Made by a program: the position numbers and the translations under genes. This document shows positions 1 to 9,659 of a stretch of DNA of 64,000 bases, piece after piece; the stretch's first letter is position 1, and each line of letters opens with the position of its first letter. This DNA comes from Candidatus Bathyarchaeota archaeon. Its GTDB lineage: Archaea > Thermoproteota > Bathyarchaeia > Bathyarchaeales > Bathycorpusculaceae. Location: NCBI GenBank assembly GCA_963782525.1, contig CAWAKC010000003.1, positions 160,001-224,000 of the forward strand. Direction: 5' to 3'. The notes beneath the pieces are model-generated. The model saw only the letters and a list, made by a program, of their open reading frames with translations, searched no databases and was not told the origin of the DNA.

Positions 1-83
1 TATCTTTGAGCAAGTCTGGGATCGTACCCGTAAATACCATTGATTTGGTGTCTTTGAGGGCTCCATGATCATTTGTTGTTGGG

Positions 84-935
84 TCAAGCCCAGTACTTGC
101 TTACCGTTTTTAGACTTTGCTCGCCAACAATAAGCGATCGTATTGCTTCAGCATCATAACTAATCAAGCCAGCCATCACCATAGCCGCCTTCTTCACCAA
201 ACCCTTAGGCCTCACCCAGCAATTCCTCAAAACGTTAGCTTTAAGATGCCCATTAAACTGCTCAACCACATAACGCTTAGTCTCCAAGAGTCTAGCATGT
301 TTGATTCTTTTGCGTTTTCCCCTTCTAGGATTAGGAGCAATAACAGGCTCAGCTTCAATGCCCTTGGCTGCTCTTTTGTTTGTTTTCGAGTCATAACCCG
401 CATCGGCCAAAACGTATTCTGCTTCCAAATCCTCAATGAGACCGGGAAGAAAAGGCGAGTCATAACGATTACCAGGCGTAACAACTGCTCTCAACGGCAA
501 CCCCAGCTGATTTACCGCTGCATGAAGCTTGAAACCTCTGAATTTTCCACGGCTCGTGTGACCCCAGCCCGCTTCCATATCGTAGAGATCCACTAACGGC
601 GTTGAGTCAACAATTAGAATAGTGGTCGGTGTCACTAGTTGAAGCATAGCCGATATCTTCTTAAAAGTTTCTTCAAGAACGTCAAGATAGCGTCTCCACC
701 ATCTTCCAACAGTGGTTCTATTGGGTACTTTGAATAAACCAAGTGTTCTAGCAACGTCCGTATGCTTCTTTAGATGTTCAATTACACGTGTGTCGTTCTC
801 TAATCCTTTCAGTCTGGCATAAACGAGAACTCTTAGTGCTCTTAGGCGTCCGTAGCCTGGATTTCCGCGTCTTTTGGGTTCTACAGAAACGATTGCTTTG
901 TTGACGAAAAGCCTGACAACTTCACAGGCTTCCAT
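84..935 (-). mobile_element. DDE transposase (IS4/IS5-like, DDE_Tnp_1)
   Basis: IVDST, GFKLH, ADAGYDS and RYVVEQFNGHLK motifs of DDE transposases; terminal inverted repeats not identified. Confidence 0.85.
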
Positions 936-1202
936 ACTAGAACATAATTGGGAAGCAGCTTAAATTCTGCACACCCCTATATTGTTAAATATCAGATTTG
1001 CAAAAACAACTTCTCTGCCAAATTTGGCCTTTTAAGTGCTCCATCCTGGCAAACAAAGACTTTGCCTCGAACGGAGTAAACCCTTAGCAGGGAACATCTT
1101 CTTTATTCGTTTGCAGTACGAAATTTTTAATTTCTTGAATAATTAAAGAAACAAGTACACTGTGAAGGTAATGAAGCTGTTAAAGTGCGCTCCAGTTTAA
1201 TG

Positions 1203-1436
1203 TCAAGCGTGGACTAGCGTTTCAGATAGAGTTATTGCATCGATTTTGTATACAGCATCACGGATGCGTCTTACGTCCTCTACGTCCTTTCCTTCTGCGT
1301 AGAGGATCACATCATAATTGCCCATGACAGAATGAACGACTTTAACGCCTTCAATCTTTTGTATTTCATGGACAACTGCCTTAGACTGACCAATTCTAGT
1401 GTGAAGAAGCATATAGAACGGAAGTGCCATTTGCAT
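1203..1436 (-). CDS. Stand-alone Lrp/AsnC ligand-binding (RAM) domain protein
   Basis: IEGVKVVHSVMGNYDVILYAE matches the AsnC C-terminal domain; no HTH. Confidence 0.8.
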   Translation of the reverse strand: MQMALPFYMLLHTRIGQSKAVVHEIQKIEGVKVVHSVMGNYDVILYAEGKDVEDVRRIRDAVYKIDAITLSETLVHA

Positions 1437-1818
1437 TTACCCATCTAAATAAAAATAAGAATAAGATCTATAAAGTTTCCTAATGCGATCTTTCATTTGA
1501 CTTTTTCTTTGCTATGGTGAGTCGATTTTTAATTGCGATATTCAGCCAACAACAAAAAATGTGGTGCAATCACTTTGACCCCTAAATCCTCTATCCGAAT
1601 CTAAAAGAATGTATAGTACTTGAAAAATCTACGCAGCATAGTAGGGTTTTATTTTGAAAGATGCCAGTTGTCTTTGTGCAAAATCGTGGTGCAGCAGCAT
1701 CAGCAGCAACTCCTCTTCAAAATCGTCTATTTGAGCCCTTTTAATTGAATATTTCGTAAAGTTTTACAGTCCGCCGAAGAAAACTAACGATTATTACTTC
1801 AATTGTGTAACTGTAACT

Positions 1819-2247
1819 ATGGCACTTGACATTCAAGGGACTGTCGTTTCTATCATTCAAGTCATAACATTAATTTTGCTCGTGATTGGTGTGTATCCTA
1901 ACAGGATAAGAACTAAGAATAGAAACCTCATCATGCACGGATTCTTTAGCGTTGTAGCGATTATCTTAAACCTTGCAACTGTAATTTCAGTAATGATTCC
2001 TGTTTTCGTCGGTAGTTTGGCTTCTATTGGTAATTTGTCGCTCGTTCAATCAGTTATTGTTTGGTTACACACTGCCTTGGGAATCGTGGCTATTGTTTTG
2101 GGTTTAGTCATAATTTTTTCGTGGGTGACTCATCCTTTGGGAGAACTTGGATGTTCAAAAATGTGGCGACTAATGATACCTACTTTCGTTATTTGGGCTT
2201 TTGTGTTAGTTCTGGGTTTAGCGATACATATTTTCAACATAATTTAA
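1819..2247 (+). CDS. Four-TM membrane protein (DUF420/cytochrome b561-like)
   Basis: Four hydrophobic segments with intramembrane His (MHG, WLH, AIH). Confidence 0.6.
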   Translation: MALDIQGTVVSIIQVITLILLVIGVYPNRIRTKNRNLIMHGFFSVVAIILNLATVISVMIPVFVGSLASIGNLSLVQSVIVWLHTALGIVAIVLGLVIIFSWVTHPLGELGCSKMWRLMIPTFVIWAFVLVLGLAIHIFNII

Positions 2248-2352
2248 TCCAAAGGTCAATCTAAAGACGGTACTTTGTGAAAATTGAGGGAAGTTGGTCT
2301 AATTAACCCCTAAATATTACTTAACATATCTGTTGAGACATTGTGAAGTGAT

Positions 2353-3156
2353 ATAACGAGAAGAAAAACAACCAGCATTCTGATGACATCAGTCTTGCTC
2401 TTTGCCGTTTTGATTGCCTCGACTTGCTTCCAAGCAACAAAAAACAAAGCCGTTATAGCCGAAACAACATCATCATCGGAATCTTCGACAAATTCCCTTC
2501 CCGCCTATGCCTTTAACGGCGCTTACGTCACTTATACTCTAAATGACTACATTGACCGCAAAATAACTTTTACTATTAGTGACGTTAACGTAACTTCTCA
2601 AACATTCAAGGTTTCTTGGAACTTCATCGGATCATGGGACTTCAAAAGTTCAAGCGAAGTCATATCCTTTGCAAGCATTTCGCCCTTTCCAGGTAATAGT
2701 TCAAAGAGCCCTTTTTCCGCAGTTAGTTTTGCCGATCTTCAAACGCTAAACAAGGGTGAAATTCCCGGGGATATGCCAAGCGGCGTTTTTGTTAGATCTA
2801 ACCAGTCTACTTACGCTTTGGGTGGATATTATTTCAATACGGACGAGCTACAGATACCCAGTGATATTAACGGCTCGAATGGCGTTAGTGTCTACGTTGA
2901 CGCCCATTCCGGTCTGACAGTTGTTGAGGATTTAGGAGAGAATGGCGCAGCATGGGGCATTGCTTATGGTCAACTGAGCTTAGTAAATACAAACGTTCCT
3001 ATGACCGTTAGCGTTAGAGCCTCTTTATCGCCCTCAGGCTCGGCGTTTTCAATGTTTCCTGTTCAAGTGGCTGTTGCAGGAGTTTCGGCAGTGGTTGTAG
3101 TCGGTGTTAGTTTGTTTGTCTATTTCAAGAAACGCAAGCGCCAAACAAAAACTTAA
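2353..3156 (+). CDS. Secreted, C-terminally anchored surface protein
   Basis: Signal peptide plus C-terminal TM followed by KKRKR; the basic n-region (TRRK) is only included if the start is ATA at 2353 (ORF track starts at 2383). Confidence 0.7.
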   Translation: MTRRKTTSILMTSVLLFAVLIASTCFQATKNKAVIAETTSSSESSTNSLPAYAFNGAYVTYTLNDYIDRKITFTISDVNVTSQTFKVSWNFIGSWDFKSSSEVISFASISPFPGNSSKSPFSAVSFADLQTLNKGEIPGDMPSGVFVRSNQSTYALGGYYFNTDELQIPSDINGSNGVSVYVDAHSGLTVVEDLGENGAAWGIAYGQLSLVNTNVPMTVSVRASLSPSGSAFSMFPVQVAVAGVSAVVVVGVSLFVYFKKRKRQTKT

Positions 3157-3381
3157 CATTTTTTCAATTACAGAAACTGCGGATCCCCTAAAATGAGTTA
3201 CAACAAACAAACTATGTCCAACTTTCAACTCCTAATACCCCTCCCCATTTAAAGGCAAACTTCTCGTAAGCTATGCCTCCATATTCGAAACGTTAGCTGG
3301 ATATTATTTGGGTTAAATTTGGGCGTAATGTGAGTGTAAATCTGAAAAATCGATTAATAGTCTTTTTGGACCTTATGAGAA

Positions 3382-3684
3382 TTGAGTGAAAACAAGATGA
3401 GACAGAAAACAACCAAACAAATCAGCGCATTCAAACTTGACATATCTAAGACCAACCGAGAAGGCGCATTTCTATGTCCAAACTGTAGAGCGCTAATCTG
3501 TCCAGATGACAATTCAGATGTTATCTATTCTATCCACGATATTGTCTTAACAGATAATAACCAAGTAGATGAGCTGGTGCTACGCTGTAACAGATGCTCC
3601 AGTTTCATCCATTTAACAGGACTCTCAAACATTGAAAAAACTCCATATCCAAAAATTTTGGGAACTGACGAAAACCGTTGGTAG
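3382..3684 (+). CDS. Small Zn-ribbon protein
   Basis: CPNC and CNRC pairs. Confidence 0.6.
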   Translation: MSENKMRQKTTKQISAFKLDISKTNREGAFLCPNCRALICPDDNSDVIYSIHDIVLTDNNQVDELVLRCNRCSSFIHLTGLSNIEKTPYPKILGTDENRW

Positions 3685-3761
3685 TCCTCACTCTACTTTA
3701 ACCACGTTTAAAGCGAGTGACTTACAAGCAAGCGATAAGTAAAAGGCCCTTAGCGATTCAA

Positions 3762-4019
3762 ATGAAAGAAAACAAAAGCAAGTATCGGACAGTGGCTGCT
3801 GCCTTGGCTTTATTTGTCATTAGTCCGCTCGATGACGTGCTTTTCGCAGCATTGTTTGGTTCTGCAATATTTGGATTGGGTTCAATGCCTTTCTACATAT
3901 TTGTCGGCGCTTCCTAGCAATTTCAATAGTATTTTGGAGGAGACGTATGAAAAGCGGAAAAAAGAAGGGCTTTAAAGAAAATAACCAACATCAACCAACC
4001 AAATTCTTTAATGAATTAA
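3762..4019 (+). pseudogene. Small membrane protein, apparently frameshifted
   Basis: Hydrophobic ORF (ISPLDD) stops at 3917; a hydrophobic then basic continuation follows in another frame. Confidence 0.35.
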
Positions 4020-4064
4020 GACTTTAAGGAAGCCTTTTTATTCCAACCCATTCTATCGATAATC

Positions 4065-4817
4065 ATGGTGCACAGCAAGTTTTTCTCGTTACTGCATATT
4101 GTTATCTTAGTTTTCCTAAGTTTTATGGTCGTTAAACCTTAGTTTGTTCAGTCAGTTTCTAAGCCCTCTGTACCAGGATTCACAGTTAAGCCCGTTGGGT
4201 CTTCGTTTGAAGGCCGCCAACTTACACCTTGGACACAAACACTGGACTGTTTGATACTAACAGTGGCTATCAAATTGAGTACAGCGCAGTAAACATAACT
4301 ATTAAGAATCAACCGTTTTCGACTTCTAACCAATCAGATAATCTCTATTTCTACTATAACGTACGGGTAAAACCTCATAATTATCCCGACAGCTATTGGC
4401 TTGAGCTTTTCTATTCGGGCGCTACGGCTATCCTGTACAATCGCTTTCTAATTATACCATAACACCTCTCCCAGTAGAAGGCGCTGTACCTGAAGAAAAC
4501 ACCATTGCAACAGGCGAAAAAACAGACACTCAAATTGAGGCTATGATAGAGTATATCGGTCGTAACAGTTTATTTCCCTATCCTTACGTTTTTTTTGGTG
4601 AATTAAGCGGTTGGAGCAACACCCAAATAGTGACATTGCCGGCGAATACTCCTCTAAACCCTCTCAGTCGCCCTCCGCTAATACAACGCCAAACGTAACA
4701 TCTATTCAAATTTCTGATGTATTGAGTATACTTATTGCAGTTTTGGTGGTCTTTTTAGTTATAATTGTATCTTTATTGCTATTGCTTTACAGAAAAACCG
4801 AAAGACAAACCAATTAA
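4065..4817 (+). pseudogene. Fragmented Bathyarchaeia-type anchored surface protein
   Basis: Pieces KPSVPGFTVK, AVNITIKNQPF, YYNVRVKPH, SGWSNTQIV and a C-terminal TM spread over several frames. Confidence 0.65.
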
Positions 4818-5295
4818 GCGGCTTATCTGAAGGCATCAACGAAAGATGCGCTGCAGCATCCAAAACACCCCGAAGAGGAATTGCGCTAACAGCTAAACTT
4901 GCATGGCGCTGTCCCCCTGTTTATCGGATTCATCGTGATGATTGGTAGTGGACTTTACTTGCTTTTGACATTGCAGTTATTATTGGTGGTTTCTTATGGT
5001 AATGGTAGACTCTTCATATCCGCAGGAAAATAAGCCCGAGAAAACGATACCTCTTAATTCTCCTTTTTTTCCCTCTAAGGGCGATTTAATTGAAAGCAAA
5101 TGGCAATGCAGAAATGCATGTTTGTTGTATTATCTAATGAGTTGGATTTTGTGGTTTATCGTAGATATTTTGATTCTCCTAATTGTGGAGGTTGTATGTA
5201 CAAAGGAAGCAGTTACTGTTGGGGACAATGCTCTCTAAACATCTGGAAAAAAGAAAGAGAATATTGATGCTTAGTTATAGCGGAGATTTAGAAAG

Positions 5296-5634
5296 TTGAA
5301 TTCCCTTTTGGAAAAGACTCACACTTTTACAGTAAATGTTGTTAATTCTAAGCAAAATAAACCAGTCAAAAACGTTAACGTTAAGTTCTTCAGATTAGAA
5401 AAGGAATCAATAACACTCAAACAATGGACTGAAAACCTCAAAAATGGAACTCCGTTTAAAAGGTTGATGCTCTCGGTGGATACAGACAATAACGGCAACG
5501 TAACCGCCGAGCTTCCCGAAGGTGTTTACGAAGCTAAAGTAGAAGAATACGGGCTAAGTCAGGTTTGCGAATTGACGCATAATGTAGAGATTCTTTTTGC
5601 TGAACCCAAAAAAAATTGGTGGCAACATTCTTAA
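5296..5634 (+). CDS. Hypothetical beta-sandwich (carboxypeptidase-regulatory-like) protein; paralog of 44380..44733
   Basis: KPVKNVNVK...TDNNGNVTAELPEGVYEAKV; colinear similarity to the second copy. Confidence 0.7.
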   Translation: MNSLLEKTHTFTVNVVNSKQNKPVKNVNVKFFRLEKESITLKQWTENLKNGTPFKRLMLSVDTDNNGNVTAELPEGVYEAKVEEYGLSQVCELTHNVEILFAEPKKNWWQHS

Positions 5635-5894
5635 ATCGGGTTCGCATAGAAAAGTTTTGAAATGTGCAATAAATTTAATGATGTTTTTATCTTTGGTTTA
5701 TAAGTGCTTTAGCCTATATTATATGTTGAAAGTTTCTTTTGCGCTTGGGTTTGGGGTAGTAACAGATGCTTTTCAAAATAGAAGCGAAACAAAATGTGTA
5801 TGTTAAGAGTTAGTTTATTGAAAAATTGTGTTGAATCTAAGTCAGTAAAACTTTATGTTCACATTAGTAACAAGAAGAGGGGTGACGCAACGGC

Positions 5895-6101
5895 ATGGTA
5901 AGCATAGGCAACTCAGCGAAGTGTCCACAATGCACTCAAATGGGACATATTGTTTGGGTTTCCCAAGATGGAAAAATGGTTGGGATCCAATGTTCTAAAA
6001 GTCATCGCCTAGATAATTTACCCAATGCATATGGGTTCGTACGTCCTCTTTCCAAACCGAACAAGAATAGCGTTTTTCTAGTAAAAACGGAATCATTGTG
6101 A
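5895..6101 (+). CDS. Small Zn-binding hypothetical protein
   Basis: CPQC and CSKSH; SD-like GGGGTGA upstream. Confidence 0.6.
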   Translation: MVSIGNSAKCPQCTQMGHIVWVSQDGKMVGIQCSKSHRLDNLPNAYGFVRPLSKPNKNSVFLVKTESL

Positions 6102-6114
6102 CGCTTCGATAAGT

Positions 6115-6675
6115 ATGATCCAACAAAATTATCATCTCTCTAATAAAATAAAGATAGGCCCTGAATCTGACAAAACTGATTATCCTAAGCACTGTGGATT
6201 TTACACAAGTTATTCTCGGTTTATCTTGAAAGCACTAAAAAAATCTTCTTTTCAAGAATTTCTATGCTCTATGCTTTTAGCCGAAAACATAGAAGAAAAA
6301 ATTGTCAACGCCGTTGATATCAAAGTTTTTCCAGCCCCTAGAAAAAACGGTTTCAACATCGTCGGCAAATGTGACACATTTAAGGGCAGAATTCGGATTT
6401 ATCCAAAAACTTTTAACTACTGCTTTGCCTTCCGAAAAAAGTACGGCAAAGACTACTTTTTTGTATTTGTTGAAAACAGAGCTAGAGCAGCGTTAATTCA
6501 TGAATTGCTGCATCTAAAATACATCAGTGATGAAGAAAAGGTACAAGAATTAACAGGAATATATTTTTCAGCTTACCTGAAAAAACGATTTAATAAGAAT
6601 TCAAATTTAGTATCATTGAATGAATTAATTTTTGCTTCGAAAAAGCACACACCTTTTTGCAGGGAAAGCTTGTAA
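6115..6675 (+). CDS. Zincin-like (HExxH) metalloprotease-fold protein
   Basis: LIHELLH motif preceded by GRIRIYP strand. Confidence 0.55.
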   Translation: MIQQNYHLSNKIKIGPESDKTDYPKHCGFYTSYSRFILKALKKSSFQEFLCSMLLAENIEEKIVNAVDIKVFPAPRKNGFNIVGKCDTFKGRIRIYPKTFNYCFAFRKKYGKDYFFVFVENRARAALIHELLHLKYISDEEKVQELTGIYFSAYLKKRFNKNSNLVSLNELIFASKKHTPFCRESL

Positions 6676-7561
6676 TTGGATTGAAAACGCAAGGTCTCCG
6701 TCCTTCAGCGGAAGGGTTTGCTGACATCGAGCGTGTTGTTTTTGGGTTTGTATATGATGATAAGTGTGTCGGGTTCTGTTTTGTTTATGGAGTGTTTTGT
6801 TCTCCAGAAGCTTCCGGTTTGGCTGGCAAGTTGATACTTTGTTAAAATGTTTTGTAATACTTTTTTTGTTTCTTCGTCTAATACACCTTTGATGAAGGCG
6901 ACACATTATTCATCAATGCTTCCGTAGGCAACAGTACAATCACAGGGCAGGATTATTCTTATCAATTCTAGCATCGTCAGAATTAGCTAATTAGGAAAGA
7001 ATATAGCTCTTCCATAACCCTTTTGCTTATTGAGGCTTTTGCGGAAATGGTTAACCTGATAATTGTAGGCACTTTAACTTGGTTTCATATATTCTCTGTT
7101 ATAGGTTGAACTGGCGCAGCATTAACTTTCTTAGTAACCATCAAGCCCTCGCTTGCAAAATTTTCGCCTCAAGGAAGCGGCGAATTCATTGTTAAGGTGT
7201 TGCCGAGGTTTATACGGTCTGTGCAAGTACTTTCCCTCCTTACTATCATTTTTGGGCCTTCTCTTGCTTTTGCAATGGCTGATGGTCCCCCAAAAGCCTT
7301 TGATCTGAAATCGCTCTGGTCTATCTGGCATTGTAATTGGTGCCTCGATTGGAATAACCGCGGTTCTGGTTGTTTTTCTCGTTTTAACTCCAACCGCGAA
7401 GAAGCTATCCAGTTTGATAGGGCAAATGCAACGTAATCCTCAACAGCCCCCACCCACCGAGTTAAGAGCATTACAAAAACGTCTAGCACTCATTCCACCT
7501 TTAGCCGTTTCGCTTTTACTTACAACGGAAATATTCATGGTGGCGGCTGCGCAATTTTAGA

Positions 7562-8227
7562 TTAGTCTTTGTGTTTTCGGCACATTTCTAAACCCAAAAG
7601 TTTTACTCCTCGCAGCCGTGATAACGAAACAATCAAAGAAGAAGCCACAACACCTTCAATAATTCCTGTTGGAAGGTACCACATAAGCAATGAGGGCACT
7701 GTGACAAATATGCCGCCGAGGGTGCCGACCATGGGGAAAAGACCAATCTCTATGCCCACTGCCAAAGCGGTGCACACGTTGGAGATGAATGAAGCCACAA
7801 ACATGCCGAGTGCCAACCGTTTTGTTGTGAATCCTTTTGATAGGAAGGCTTTTACTATGAAGAATGACATGGCGCCGATTACTGCCATGTTAAAGAGGTT
7901 TGCGCCCCAAGTGGTTAATCCGCCGTCTCCAAAAGCTAAGGCTTGGATAACTAAGGTTATAGCCATGCTGATGATTCCTGCAGCGGGTCCAAGAACCATT
8001 GAGATGGCTGTTCCACCCAAGAAATGCCAGGTGCTGCCGCCGCCTGCAACAGGAAACTCAAACAACTGAACCACTAGCAAAAGAGCACTGACAACGGCGA
8101 TTAGAGGAATGATGTATCTTGGGTAATTTCTTTTCATACCGTGCCAAGCCCATGCTAAGAAGCTGAAGGCTACGATGTACATACTTATGCATGCGTATGG
8201 GTTTAGGATGCCGTCGGGAATGTGTAT
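7562..8227 (-). CDS. cbiM: ECF transporter S component CbiM/NikM
   Basis: In-frame extension gives (M)HIPDGIL; GSTWHFLG and QALAFGDGGLTTWGANLFNM motifs; start codon reads ATA. Confidence 0.9.
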   Translation of the reverse strand: MHIPDGILNPYACISMYIVAFSFLAWAWHGMKRNYPRYIIPLIAVVSALLLVVQLFEFPVAGGGSTWHFLGGTAISMVLGPAAGIISMAITLVIQALAFGDGGLTTWGANLFNMAVIGAMSFFIVKAFLSKGFTTKRLALGMFVASFISNVCTALAVGIEIGLFPMVGTLGGIFVTVPSLLMWYLPTGIIEGVVASSLIVSLSRLRGVKLLGLEMCRKHKD

Positions 8228-8240
8228 TTATGTTTCCTCG

Positions 8241-8268
8241 GTAACACGAATTAGAAAAATAGTATTAC
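8241..8268. promoter_or_regulatory. NikR-like operator
   Basis: GTAACAC-N14-GTATTAC, a 28-bp imperfect palindrome between the TATA box (~8277-8283) and the cbiM start. Confidence 0.7.
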
Positions 8269-8436
8269 AGTGATGGATTTATACCAATCGATTGATTTGA
8301 CAAGCTCTTGTGTCGAGAAATTTTGGCAAACCAACTCTTAAACCCATATCACAGATGATTGCCATGAGTAACAATCTGCATTTGGAGGCAACATTGGTCG
8401 TTCTACCTAAAGACGAAAACACTTAGCAATCCTGAG

Positions 8437-9474
8437 CTAGCTTGCGTTATCAGACAACTCAGCGTTAAAGAACGTTTTAAACTGAGTTGGTTTGTCCTTA
8501 GAGCATAATAGCGGGGCAAAAAGGTTAACAGGCCAATGCGGAAACGTCTTATACAGGTAAGTATCCGCTTTTTCTATTCCTTTTATTCTTCGGAATGTTT
8601 CTGTTACCTCAAATAAATCCTCAAAATCATGAATAGCCACCAGCGCCCTCACATCGTAAGGTCCCACTAATTTTATTGCTATAATCAGGTTGGGCATCTT
8701 AAAAATTTGAGCCATAATTTCCTGCATCTTACTTCTATTTGAAATTTTAATAAATAAATGTGCCATAGCCTTAAAACCGACCTTATCTAAACTAACAGAT
8801 ATTGTGGCTTTAGTCAGAACTTTTCCTTTAAGTCTGTCGTATCTTTGGATAACATTTTTGGGTGAAATACCCAACTGCTTTGCCACTACTCTAAACGGTG
8901 TGCGAGCATTTCGTGACAAGATGGCGGCTATTTGCCGGTCGGTTTCGTCGAGTTTCTCTTCGTGGCGGTTTATTTCGAGGGGTTTGTAAATTTTCGCCTG
9001 CTTTAGGGGTTTAATGACTAAATTTTCTGTGTGGTCCATATTTACTGATTCTGCCCAAATGAGGCTATCTATGAGTTCAACTTTGGGGCTGGTTTCAATC
9101 TCCATAAGTATTCCCGACAATTTTTCGATGTCGTGTAGTACTAAGAATGCTTGGATATTGTATTTTCCAAAGTTACCGTTTGCCCCGCAGATGTAGGGTT
9201 TGCTTCTTAGGAACTTTATTACTTCTTCTTCATTTTCTGCGGAAGTTACGATTCCTAAATCGACAGTACATTTATAGCCTAAGCTGTAAGGGTTCACAAG
9301 CATTATTTCGCCCTTGATTATGCCTGCTTTTTTTAATCGTTGGTAACGGCTTCTGACGGCGACAACCGATATCTTGCAGTCTTTTGCAATGGTTGTGAAG
9401 CTTGTTCTTGAGTCGCTTAGAAGTATCTGCAAGATTTTCGCATCGATTTCGTCAAGTTTTTTTGTTTTTTGCAT
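8437..9474 (-). CDS. Tandem (double) Lrp/AsnC transcriptional regulator
   Basis: Two HTH+RAM units (LDEIDAKILQIL...; LDETDRQIAAIL...); likely ATG at 9474. Confidence 0.9.
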   Translation of the reverse strand: MQKTKKLDEIDAKILQILLSDSRTSFTTIAKDCKISVVAVRSRYQRLKKAGIIKGEIMLVNPYSLGYKCTVDLGIVTSAENEEEVIKFLRSKPYICGANGNFGKYNIQAFLVLHDIEKLSGILMEIETSPKVELIDSLIWAESVNMDHTENLVIKPLKQAKIYKPLEINRHEEKLDETDRQIAAILSRNARTPFRVVAKQLGISPKNVIQRYDRLKGKVLTKATISVSLDKVGFKAMAHLFIKISNRSKMQEIMAQIFKMPNLIIAIKLVGPYDVRALVAIHDFEDLFEVTETFRRIKGIEKADTYLYKTFPHWPVNLFAPLLCSKDKPTQFKTFFNAELSDNAS

Positions 9475-9594
9475 GGAAGGGCGACCTAATTTAGCACTGT
9501 GTATTTGATGGGCAAGCAATTAAACTTTTTCCGCTTTCAGAGGACGCAAACAGCTAGATAATCTTCAATACACGTTTAAATTGTTTCCATTTTA

Positions 9595-9607
9595 GTCAAC
9601 AATTGAC
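9595..9607. promoter_or_regulatory. Palindromic site next to TATA box (candidate Lrp site)
   Basis: GTCAA-CAA-TTGAC directly upstream of TTTTAAATA, in the divergent Lrp/propeller intergenic region. Confidence 0.45.
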
Positions 9608-9659
9608 ATAATTTTAAATACCCAACGCTCGATTATTCAATTACCGAAAAGGTGAAAAA

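Noticed and set aside
60-990. Terminal inverted repeats of the first IS
   Set aside because: No convincing match between the two flanks within the window
6625-7489. Overlapping short ORFs as real genes
   Set aside because: No motifs and interrupted frames; likely pseudogene debris
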